A stretch of DNA of 64,000 nucleotides from Schizochytrium sp. TIO01. Lineage: Eukaryota; Protista; Bigyra: Labyrinthulomycetes. The position numbers were made by a program, and so were the translations under genes. Below are positions 36,084 through 47,900 of the stretch, one piece after another. The stretch is taken from contig SMSO01000007.1 in the NCBI GenBank assembly GCA_004764695.1, positions 124,001-188,000 of the forward strand, given 5' to 3'. The notes below the pieces were generated by a model that saw nothing but the letters and a program-made list of their open reading frames with translations, was not told the DNA's origin and ran no database searches. Each line of letters begins with the position of its first letter. The stretch's first letter is position 1.

Positions 36084-36957
36084 GGTGCTTCTGAAATTCC
36101 AATCAGCGATGAGCACTCGTGACTTCAACACTTCAACAAACGTTTGTTATGGCTGAAGTTTCCAAGGGACGCAGCCTACGATGACAGCGAGGCGCCTTTA
36201 CCACGCTGACCTCGCGAAAACTAATCAATGCATCAAGCGTTTGGGGTTTTGCTGTGTGGAAACTAGATTTAGACACAAGTCCGACATATGCCACACAAGT
36301 AACGTAAGGTACACATGAGTAAAGATTATTTAGCATACCAAACTAATATACCGTGGCCTTACCCCAATTCGCTATGTTAACTGAGGCCAAAATGGCTCGG
36401 ATGTCATCGCTGCCAATGTGGTGCTAGAGGTTCGACATTGCGAGATCATCTAGGTAAGATGTGGCCAGATTTTGAGCCAAGAACTTTGCATTTCCCAAAC
36501 AAAAATGTTACTTGTTTTTCTTCAATTTTTTAAAATTGAAAAAAAAAAGTGAACCTACTAGTAGTCTGCCACAGTATTAATCAGTGTTATCGCTAATGAG
36601 GTTACTGGGACACTTCAAATTTTAAGGGGATCTCCGTGGTAGAGTAGATTACATAAAGGAGCCCAATGCTAGATCGCGAAAAGAAATTAAAGAGAGTCAG
36701 GTAATAAGCACATCAATTTGGGTCGTATTTAGTTTGTTTCTCTACTTGTTAGCTGTTATATGGGCTACAGAAAGCAAAACACGGTATCCTTGCATGCCAG
36801 AGATATTTTTTTCACAAAATCAATCTCATCCATTGTCATTGCTTTAAAATATCATGCAAAGAGACTAGAGATGCAAAGGCACTCACCAGACCTTCGTTAC
36901 CACGTGCTTGAGCATTACATTCATAAAAAAACGTCTTTTTCATATCAAGTATCCCTT

Positions 36958-37682
36958 CTATTCTTTGCTAGTTAGAACAAATATACCCATCACACCGAGT
37001 ACTAAATATTTGGCAGCTGGATAATCATTCAACAATATTGTAACTGGGAATCAAAACATGCATGTAGAGCGTCAATAGAATTTTGCCTCAAATTGCAATA
37101 CAAAGCGTTAGTTAACATTTCCTTCCCATGTTTCAATTGAATGTGGATGTCCAAAGCGATGAAGACTTCATCCTTGTTAGACGTGAAATGTAGCAATGAC
37201 TTACCCATGCCTACTTTTGGCACAAAGACTCGCGCGCGACCCATGATAGAGTCCCGGTGCAGCCAGTGTTGTCCACGAGCGTAGATGCCTCCCCTCCTGT
37301 CATCGATATTATTATTGTCTCCCTTCGTGAGCATCATCTGGTGGCCACTCTTGTCCACATGAACTTCAAGTACTCGGTGTACAATTGGAATTTCACGTTC
37401 ATCAATCTTGAACACAACCACCTCGCCAACACGGATGGGCTCTTCGTAAGTGTTGTCCAAAAAGAGAATATCTCCGCGCAGAATACCTGGTTCCATAGAT
37501 CCTGTGAGCACCACCACAACCGGACTCTCACTGTTTGTATAAATCATGAGTGCTTTCCAGATCATGAGTGCTGAGAAGATAATCATGGCCAAATTCAAGG
37601 CCTGGAAGGCCAACGCTCGCTTATTCTTCCATAGTGCTTTCAGTTGAACCACCTGCTCCTCCACGACACCTCCAACCTCCAT
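36958..37682 (-). CDS. SEC11: Signal peptidase complex catalytic subunit SEC11 (187 aa); exons 37682-37205 and 37043-36958
   Basis: [29 protein letters not shown], spliced VGM|VTILLNDYP...VLTSKE*; 161-nt intron GTAAGT...CAG. Confidence 0.95.
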
Positions 37683-38936
37683 GATCTCGCAAATTGGCTA
37701 TCACCAGCGAGATATAATCCGTTCAAAGAAATGCTGAAGACACGTCAAACGATGACGAAACTTGTGTTGATATGACAAAAAAACGCCAGCACCCAGGCCG
37801 TTGTGCTTCCTCGATCCCAACGATCTCCGCGTACTTCTCAACGAAGCCTCGTGCCAGGTCGCTCCGCAACACCCCAGAGTACCCAGAATGAGTACTATCA
37901 AGCCGCTTGATCTCTTGCAGCTACCGCCTCCGGAGCTTGCTTGCAATCGCGGACTTGGCCGGTCGAGATTGAGAACTGAAGTTAAGATTGCTTGTTGCAT
38001 CTTTTCCTTTGTTCTTTCACAAAATATCGAACAACCAGCAGAGTACTATAGTTAAGGATAGGAGGCATATAGGCCATTTCTCTGACAACAACAGTTGTTG
38101 TTGTTGTAAATTATGTTGCACCTGAGCTCTTATCTCACAGATAGAAGAAAACAAGAAGAATCGAGCGAGTTCTGAAGGGCTTCGATGTCTGCTATGATAG
38201 GAGGGGAAAGTACAATCAAAAGTAGAAACGTTTAGATTTTAACTTGACTACTGTGTGGTTTCACATTAGCAGATAGTTGACGGGGCGAGTTCCAGGTGGC
38301 AGCTCCAGTATGCAAGAAAGTAAAATATAACATTACAGACTTCTAAGATGGCAAAGTTTCATCGAGAACAGGTATAGTACCTCCTGGATGAGGCATGATC
38401 ACTCAAATGGATGTCTTTCGTTGAACTCACGCAATTTCCTTTCTTGCTAATGTATGGTACACAACAAGGAATGGTGGATAGGTGGTAGCAAAATGCGTTG
38501 ATGTAATGTACAAATGCATTTCTATTTTGAAAACTTGATTCCTAGCTCACTTACACATCGGTATACCGCATCGCCGTGTTAGAGAGATGCTTCGCCCTAG
38601 AGCTAGATGGTATCAAGTGGTGGCATCTAGGTTACTTGAGGGGTGAAACGCTGATGGTGATTACCATTTTACTTATGTCTTGTTGAGATAGACCAGTTTG
38701 AAGCCTGGCGCGGAATACCCCAGCTGCTTCTCCTTCAATGTTCTATTTGTTGCAGGAATGCATACATTCGCCTGTATTTAAAGTGATTGCAATCTATCTG
38801 TCTTTGTAGAAGTGTGCAATGGAATTATTTTTAGGAGAAAAGTAGCTCCAACATTGAGTCTCGCCAGCCGTTATGACTTGCATGTAATAGACTCCCCAAT
38901 CTGCAGCTTCCCCGTGGCAGGATTAAATCTCGCCAG

Positions 38937-39368
38937 CTATGTTGCCCTGCTCCCAATCGACGTTTCCCATGTCTTGCTATATAACGAGCACGTGTACTCT
39001 GTCCAGACTAACGCCAACACTGTAAAGGTGTAAAACCGGCGCTGCCAGAAGGTCTTCGCTGTAACCCATAGCGCCTCCATTTTTCTCAGGTCAGCGAAAT
39101 AGTTTTTGCTTGCTTCGTTGTCTTCTTGTCTGTTGCATGACATCAAAACCGTCTCCAAGCTCCCCGTCATGCGCTCTGTCCATATCAATTCAGGGCCGAT
39201 CTGATCCACAATCTCTGCTACACAATTTCCCCCAATTCCCCTGAGTCCCTTTGACACTTTCTCCGGCACGTTTCCATCTCTTTGGTCCCTCTGCACATGT
39301 AATGCGCTTGCTTCTCCATTAGTCCAAGGAGCCGTCGCCGCACGTTTTCGCCGCTCGTGTCTTGTCAT
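38937..39368 (-). pseudogene. Possible decayed kinase-like fragment
   Basis: ELIWTERMTGSLETVL (hinge-like) followed in another frame by LLAAPVLHLYSVGV (subdomain VIa-like); no intact HxD or DFG. Confidence 0.25.
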
Positions 39369-40030
39369 TCGCTGCCAAAGGCTGTTCCTTGGCCGCCAAA
39401 AACATGCAGGTCACTTCCCCTCACCCCAGGGCCCTTGATTCCGTCGTCTCTGCCATCTTTTGGCCATTTCCTCGCGAGCAGCGCAAGTTCTCGCGCGCGA
39501 GGGATCCATTCCGCAGCTTGTAATTCCATCATCCGAAGGCCAAGAAGAACGGCAGGAACAAAGCGGGAAAAAGAACAAAAACAAGAATCAGGATCAGAGT
39601 AAAAGCGCAAAAGAGCAGAGATGCCCCTTCTCCAGACCAAGAAGCCCAAAAGGCGATGCCCACGTCCCAGGCAATCAATCCTTGTACCACCGTTTCTTAA
39701 ATCTGAAAAGACGTCCGTCGCACAGGCAAGCTTGAATAACGCGAAGGAGATTTCCATTTGAAGCACTGATTGAGAGAAATCGTCTCCGCGAACCAATCAA
39801 AGACGAGAGAGACGATTGAAAGAAAAAGAAGGAAAAGAACAGAACAACGAAGATAAAGTTTTTTCTTTCTTTCTTTGAAGAGATTATTATGTCTCATCAA
39901 AGGAGGGAAAGGAAAAGAAAATACAGGAAAAGGCTGACACAGCAAATCGCGATCAATTGCAGAATCGTTGGGACCTTTTGTGCGAGCTTAGGTGTGCTGT
40001 TTCTGCACCACGGGAAGGAGCCAGGCGTGG

Positions 40031-40219
40031 ATGAAGCGGCCTACAACGCGGGCGCGTAGCCTGCCTAAGGGTGAGTTTGCTGTAGCAATCCTGGTTGGCG
40101 TGCTGAGCGGCATTTACATCTTTGACGAGCCTCTTCGCCGGTGGTCCGCAAACGCGCAAAACCCGCCGCTTGGACAGCAGGTGCAGCAACAGCAACAACA
40201 GCAACAGCAGCAGAACTAG
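40031..40219 (+). CDS. Single-pass microprotein, PIGBOS1-like (62 aa)
   Basis: MKRPTTRARSLPKGEFAVAILVGVLSGIYIFDEPLRRW resembles PIGBOS1 (FATVLGIAGGVYIFQP); basic N-terminus, one TM helix, polyQ tail. Confidence 0.6.
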   Translation: MKRPTTRARSLPKGEFAVAILVGVLSGIYIFDEPLRRWSANAQNPPLGQQVQQQQQQQQQQN

Positions 40220-40555
40220 ACCGCTATCAGCTAGTTTGAACAGCTGATAGAACGCGCGCTGCGGCGACATAACGATTTTGGATCGAAGCTACGAAAGCTT
40301 TCCTTCATTTCTTGCGATTTCATCCACAACTCTTAACATCATCGAAATCACTTCCCTAGCGAATAGCAGAATTATAAGCTTACATTGATAAAGATTGCCA
40401 CATTTGCTCAAAACTTTGTGGCGTTCTAGTGAGACTACAACATTACGACGGGTACAACGCCTTTGAGGCACTCTGAGGTTTATACGCTACAAAAAATATT
40501 GGAGACCTGTGGTTGTTTCTCTACTCTCGTAGCACACGCAAGGCTGAGATTGTGA

Positions 40556-41398
40556 ATGCCAGAAACAAAAACCTCCAAAGACAAAATGCCGAGCACATCA
40601 CAGCAGACAAAAAAGCGTAAGAAGACTTCCTCGAAGTCCACCAAGACTAGTTCTAAGCGCTCAAGCAGCGCACCCGATGCTAGCTTGTGGGACCGGCTCC
40701 GCCCTGTCGCCATTGCCTTTACATGCTTGATGTTGTTTCTTTTTATGATGCGCTCACCATCTGGCTCCCAGGCAAGCCCTAAGGCAAACCTGAAAGCTAG
40801 TGCTGCCCCGAAGGCTGCAAAACCTGCTGCGGTCAAGATTCAGAGGCCAAGGAGTGCTGATTATGAACACTACATTGGTTATGCCAGTGATCTCATGGAG
40901 GAGCGAGTCCATAAAGGTTCATCCACGGATGCTATTGTCATTGGTCCTGCCAAGATTGAAGACTATGTTTTTGAGTACTCCATTTTTTCAAATGTTTGGA
41001 AAGGTGGTGTGGCTGATCTTGTCGAGGCCCCTGGTTCAGGCAAAGTGGTATGGGGTTTACTCTATGAGTTCCCAAAGAACGATATCCCCAAACTTGACCG
41101 CCAAAAGGGAATTGGTAACAGTGACTCCAAATACAGGAAGGTGGAGGTTGTTGTTACTGATATGGAAGGTTACAAATACAGGGCATTTACTTACATTGTT
41201 GTGAAAAATAAACGCGAGGCGGACAGCTCAAATGAAAGTGGTGTTAAACGTTTTGAACCTAGTATTCAGTACCGCATGTGCATCGTTAATGGTGCACGCA
41301 CTGCTGGTCTTCCCAAGAGCTACGTTTCTATGCTTGAACAAATTCCTGATAATGGTGAAAAATTTAAGCGCAAGAGTGTTGGCACTGCCTGTGATTGA
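40556..41398 (+). CDS. Gamma-glutamylcyclotransferase-like protein with N-terminal signal anchor; catalytic Glu replaced by Lys
   Basis: YIGYASDL, WKGGVA, VWGLLY, LDRQKG, PSIQY...IVNGA...GLPKSY...IPDNG follow the GGCT pattern; TM segment VAIAFTCLMLFLFMM. Confidence 0.8.
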   Translation: MPETKTSKDKMPSTSQQTKKRKKTSSKSTKTSSKRSSSAPDASLWDRLRPVAIAFTCLMLFLFMMRSPSGSQASPKANLKASAAPKAAKPAAVKIQRPRSADYEHYIGYASDLMEERVHKGSSTDAIVIGPAKIEDYVFEYSIFSNVWKGGVADLVEAPGSGKVVWGLLYEFPKNDIPKLDRQKGIGNSDSKYRKVEVVVTDMEGYKYRAFTYIVVKNKREADSSNESGVKRFEPSIQYRMCIVNGARTAGLPKSYVSMLEQIPDNGEKFKRKSVGTACD

Positions 41399-41999
41399 TC
41401 AATTAAATATTAGAGGACACCAAGATCTTGGGACCTCATATGTTTAAAATTAAAAAAAAAGCCTGTCGACTGCTCATTTCAACAGACGCAATTATATCGC
41501 CTTCCTTCTTTCTTCTCACTTCTCAATCTTTACCTCGGGTTCTCCTTTTTTCATTTTCTCTTCATAATTTTTCTTTTCCTTTGGAAAAACAAAACAAGAA
41601 ATCAAATCTTTCGCATGCACTACCAAATCTTATAGTTGCTCCTTAAATATACCAAGTCAAAGGAAGTCTCCCATGCAAAGTAAAGCTCTTCTTTTCCATT
41701 TCAAAAGATGATTTATCAATTTCCAAATGTTTTTCCGAAATCATTTTGCAATTTCCACATGAAGTGGACATAAGACTGGGTGATTGTTTCGAATCGGCTA
41801 AACTCAGCATCTTGACTATACCCTTGAGAAAAGAAATCAATAGAACTCATCTAAAGCAGAAAAGTTGAGAGATGTCTAGAGTTAATTATTTCATTCATCA
41901 TAATTATAAGGTATAGATCGATTAGCTAAAACAGCAAAACTCAGAAGGCTCCAAAAGATGGAGGAGCAACCTTCCAGATACAAGTGACCTAGTCCAATC

Positions 42000-44900
42000 T
42001 TATTCAACTGGGTTTCCCGAATCTGTACCCGCTGCTTCCCGCATCTTCTGCTTACGCGCAGCCATACGCTCACGAATACTACGTAGTGTCGCTGATTGGG
42101 CGGTCTGGGCTGCCTGGTTTGCTTGAGAAGTAGCTTGCTTAATTTTATCTACCGGGTTCTCTTCTGTACTACGAGGTTCGCGCGAAACCACGCCCTCATT
42201 CGCGCCGAAAGAACGGGAAGACAATGGTTCATTGTCTGTAGAGGCACTTGAATTATAAGAGGTATCGACAACGGTACTACGAGGAGCAGTGGTGCTGGTG
42301 TAAGAAGGAAGAGAAGACGCAGATGTGGGTTCAGGAGCACCAAAATCATTTGCGACCTGAGACGAAGGCTGGGTGGTGGCCTTCAGGGTTAAGTTTCGAA
42401 GTCTACGAATACGCTCGCTTACATCAGCCGATCCAGGGCGAGATGAAGAACGGGATGAGTCGGTTTGGGTAGCACGCCGGGCACGGGCCTCCTCTTCACG
42501 AACCTTGCGAACACCTTCGCAAATATGTTTGTGGAAAGGACCTGACATTTCCTTCAGGTACAGACTATCCTCAAACCCGGGATGTTCGTGGAAGAACACA
42601 TTCAGCTCCTTGAACGCGTTCCACTTAGCTTGCTGCGACATTCCTTCGATTGCTTGAGAGAACCGACCAAAGATTTGCTGCAGCTTTTCAGAATCTTGAG
42701 AGTTGAGGGGGGCTGCATCGCGAGCACTCAAGGGTTCTTGCTCTTCTTCGACATCAACAAAGGACTCGGGCTGACTTGTTTCGCGGGCCGGAGTAGTAGC
42801 CTGACCATGGGACTGGTTAGCTTGCTCAACAAGAATATGCGACACCAAGAGGTGAAGACTGCGTGTGGCACCATGCGGGTTGACAAACTGAGTAAATTCA
42901 TTGCCAGTTCGAAGGAGCGAACGGACAAGACGCTCAGCCATGGCACGATCATCATCACACTCTACATCGCCCTCAGCAATGCCAGAGCCTACAAGGTCGC
43001 CCAAGGCAGCCACAGCACCAGCCATGTACACGTTCTGGTACATCTCAACGTAGCTTTCCTGGAGAGAGATGTACTCCAACACGGCGCGACGCAGAACTCT
43101 TTTCAAGTAAACTTCTTGGTCAGCAAGTTCGGGAATAGAGTTGTGGCGGACAATCTCGTTACAGCGACGGTAACGGTGAAGGACTGCGCTCAGCCACGAA
43201 GGCGTCTCAGTGAGTTTAGCAAAGGTAGTCTGCAGAGCCTTCAACAGACGATCCTGCTCTGCAAATACCTCGTGGATCGCCTCTGAGCCTGCAGCAAAGC
43301 CGCCTGGATTCATTTCAAGCTGCTTCTGCAAACGCCGACGCTCCATAAGACGTGCAAGCAAATTACACAAGGTTGTTGTCCACCGTTTGCCCATTGAGCT
43401 AGGGTTTGACTCAGTGTTGATTGGTCCAGCAGCTAAGCGTCGGAGCTCCGGCCACCATGCGATTGTGAAAATGGCAGGCACCACAAGCTTCAAGAGACGG
43501 TTCTCAGCTTGGGTATCGCGTACATCCTGCGAGTCTTCGTCCCGCAGAGGCATTGTGGGAGGCGAGCGACTGGTCACTTCATCAAGAAAGTCCAGGAGTA
43601 CGCGCACAACCGCAGGAATGTCCATTTCATCCTTCATGAAGTTGATCCATTCGGCCTGGCCACCACAACCAGACTCTACCCAGTCCGAGGGTGGTTCTGT
43701 GGCTCCAACCAATGCTAAAGCCTTGATTCCAGCCTCGCGAACTGTACGAGCCCTCGAATCGGAATCAAGCGCCTGGGGGTCCCGGATCAGGTCTAGATAT
43801 GCCTTCGCTTGGGCAGGAATCGCGGAAACGCGATCTGAGAGGGCAGACACCACGCGAGCACTTTTGGACATCGCTGGTGTACCAGCACTCCGGCGTCTGA
43901 AGCTCTCAAGGGATGGATCATTTTCCTTTTCTACGTGCGGTGTCGCAAAGCCGGGAGTGTTCGCCATACTCATTCGCTTGTGGTTTTGCGGAGATGGAGG
44001 GGTTGCAGGAAGATCAAACTGGAACTTCAGCTCTGTGTTGCCACGCGCACCACGAGTACCACGAGCTTCGGGCGTTTTAGGACTCTCTACTGTGTAATTC
44101 TGAGAATGCTGGTTTGTTTCCACGTGCATGGAGCTTTGCCCAGAACGACCTTGACCCGCAGTTGCTGTTGATTCTGGCTTAGAAGGCGGAGATGTGTTGC
44201 CAGGTCGCTGCAAGCGAAGTTTGCGAGCAGGACCCGCAATGTTGGAGGTGCGCGGCGGGCTCTGTGGTGCTTGCGGGTCTGACTTTTGTGAAAAAGAATC
44301 GTCACGATCGCTTGTTTCTGTGCTTCGTCGACTAGACTCTTGTGTGGAACGGGCATCCGGAGCAGGAGGGATAAGATCTCCAGCGGGTGCTCGCAAGCGC
44401 GCTTCTTTGCAGTGGTTCACAATCAGGGTTGTTGCCTTGTTGCTCAGCTCCACCTTGTAGTGGTTTACACGGTTGACAAGAGCATCGTTGTCACGACCTT
44501 CGTGCTCCCAAATTGCCTCCATAAATTCGAGGGCTGCTGAGCGAACTTCCTTTCGAGAATCATCAACCATGACAGCAACAGTCTTCATAATGTTGTTACC
44601 AACACCAACCTTTACCTTCAACAGCATCAAGCCATGAATTCGAGCAAGGCGAGCAAGCTCGCTCAAACATTCCGTCAGCACGTATGCACTGCGTTGGCTA
44701 GGACCAACCTCACTGTGTACAAAGGGCGCGTACTTGGAAACAGGGTAGCAGTTACACAAGAGCTCCATGATATGACGTACAGAGTCGCGGAAACGGGTTT
44801 GTTTTTCGCCAAGTTTATGCAATAAGTGCGGGAGGAAAGCATGAGCTTCGTAGTCTGAAAGGACGTAGTTTCCACCACTAGCCAGCTCGAACATGTGGTC

Positions 44901-47900
44901 TAGGAGTTGCAGGACATTAAGTGTGACAGTGCTGTTGTTATTGTGCAACTGCAAAGTAGACCACTTGAGAAGCAAATCAAAGCACTCACGAGCTTCGGGC
45001 CCATAGTTGGGAAGTTCTTCAGTCAGAATGTTGAAAGCGGGGTCAAGGGCAGATCCTCGGGCGGCACGGCCTCCATCAGCATCCATGAACATCTTCTTCA
45101 CGAGGTCTTCCGCAAGAACCTTTTCAAGGTCATCCCGAAGGCCTTGGCGAAGCTCACTCATACGCAAGCGATCTTTCTCATCAAAGATGGCAGGCCAGCG
45201 GTGACGTCTGCCGCGCTCCTCGCGCTTTTGGCGCAAAGCTGGGTTTGCTGGCTTGAAAGGAGGTCCTGAAGATACCGAAGCATCTGGTTCTGAGCTAGCA
45301 GCAGCCGACGCAGCAGCAGGGGTAGGATCACCAGGGCGGCGCGTACCTCGAAGTGTTCCTACACGCTTCTTAGGACCGGGAATGCCAGACCTAGTTGGAG
45401 CCTTTCCTACTGCAGGAGCTCGTGAAGAAGCTCCTGGGCCTGGGCGGGCAATTCCACTGCTAGAACTTGAAGGAACAACAGAAGAGCTCTTCGCAGATGC
45501 AACAGGAGCAACTGGCGCTGGAGCGGCATCTTGAATAGTTTCTGATCGAGCAACCACTGGGGCAGTAGCCGAGGCTGCGGAAGGGGCTGGGGCAGAAGGT
45601 GCAGGCACATCAGCCTCTGGAGCAGGACCACTGTTTGCGTCACCACCAGGCAAAGCAGTACTAGCTTCGTCATAAGCAGCCTTCAGAAGGGGTGTGATGC
45701 TTCGGACGACGGCAGGCTTTAGATCGCGGCAACCTTCTTTGAAGAGCATTTCTCCCTCCTCACGACCAAAATATGCCACTGTTACACTAATAGCTTGGCC
45801 TGCGAGCTTGCGGACCTTCGGGTCGCGGCTTTGGAGGCATGACAAGAAAGGTTCTGCAAGTGCATGCAAGGTCTCGTTGACATCAGCAGATGTTTTCAGC
45901 ACACCATCTGCCTTGATGTTCTTCAAGAACCACTCCAGCAGGACAGTGCGGTCGTTCTTCATGTCTCTGAGAGCCTCCGGTGCTTGGTGTGCCATAGCAA
46001 AGAAGGCACCCGCGTGCACTTGGCCGTCGTGAACAGTCCACTGTTCTAAGGCATCCTTGATGGCAGTAACAACTGTCTTTTTACCATCACTCAGGTAAGA
46101 AAACAAGCTTCCAGCGGTTCCCTTAGCTAGTGTTGCAGCACCATCACCGCCCACAGCATTACCCACCATCGCTAAAGCCATAGCGGCCTTTGCCGCGAGG
46201 TTGCGGTTAGTGTCTGCTAAGCGTTTGCGTAGCTCAGCTGTCAACTGACGAACATTCCGTGTGAGTTGAATTCGGTTGTGAGCACTCTTGATCATCTCCA
46301 TGACCTCCTCAATTGTCTTCAGGCGAACCTTCCAAGCAGTCTTAGATGACTCGTCCCCAAGATCGTTCATAAGTTTGTCCGTCAACAAGTTCGAAATATC
46401 AGCACGTGGGATGAGGTCGCCGATATCCATAGCTCCGCTACCGCCACCAGCTGCATCGCTTGAGTCTTCTCCCTTCACCTTTCGTTTAGGTGCACTAGCA
46501 CTCGCACCCTGGAAGCCAACCTTATCAAAGGCTTCGGAAACATTACCATCTGCCTTGTCGCCCAGAAGCTGTCGAATAGGTTCACCAACCTGGCGAAAGA
46601 GTTCTGCAAGCAGTGCTGTGGCTTTTACCTTGCAGGGTGCCTGACGTGCCGCAAGACCCTTGGGTCCACTGGCGAAGTTGATCACATTCTGAATGTTGAG
46701 TGACTTTGCTCCAAATTCTTCTGCAATTGTAGTTAACAAGACAAAAGACTCCTCAAGGGTCTTGGGGGAGGCAATCTTTTCTGCAGCTTTGAGCAGTTTG
46801 AAAGTTACATATTTGGGTCCGCATGTTTCGCAAAGAGCCAGACAAAGGTTTTTCACAGGCTCGTCTTGTTTGCGATCTCCAATCTTCTTAATAGCAGGGT
46901 CTAGGATTGCTGCTGCGTAAGAGCGTGCCACACCCGAAGATTTGTTCACAGTTTTCTCAATAACGTTCCACCCTTCATTCATAATGTTGAAGTTCGATTC
47001 CTTGAAGCCCTTCGTTTGAGCTCCAACGTACGCAATAAGTGCGTGTGCTTGCGCCTGATCAATGGTGTCCTGACTATCAACATGTTTTGTCAGACACTCA
47101 AACAAACTCATCTTATCTTGCCATTTCTTTGCATCGTTAAACGCCGAGACAGCTTCGCTAAATCCAGCAAGACCCAACGCAGACACCCTTTCAACTGCCT
47201 CTTCGTCAGGCATTACTGCCTCACCAGAATCATTCATATCACCATCATCTCCACCTCCACTAGCAGGTGCTGCTGCACCACTTGCGGCTCGAGAAGATGT
47301 TGCAGAAGGTCTTTTGCTAGGCCCAGGCGGGCCGCTCTTGCTTGATCCCGTAGCACTTGATGAAGCAGGCCCAGTTTTACGCGCAAGACCAAACCGTTTG
47401 GGAGGTCCCCTTTTAGGAGGATCACTTGAAGAACTCATATCATCTTGATTTGACACAACACTAGCAGCCTCATCAGAAGGTGCAAAAGAAGATGCTGCAG
47501 GAGGTTTGTTTGACTTGGCAGCTGCTGGTCGTTTGCTTCCAGCTGTGCTGACGGAAGATGCGTCATTTGCAGTAGAAGGTGCTGCAGGGGCTGATGAAGA
47601 TGCTGCATCAAACTTCTTCTTAAGGATCGGGTTCTTGGTCAAGAGACTTTCTACTTGTGACGTGAGAAGGTTACGGCATGAATCTGGCATGGGTTGAGGT
47701 TTGGTCTCTCCCTGGAGAAGACTTGACAGCGCAACTGTTGATGCCTCTCTCACGTCCGCGTCTGCATCACAGCATCCATTTACCATGTGACTTAGGAGGC
47801 TAGCAAAGCCCGCGTCGTCGACACTGCCAAGTTGCTTGCGGGATGTGTTCCAGCATGATCCACTCGCGAGCACGCGTCCAATCCATGCAATCATATGTTT

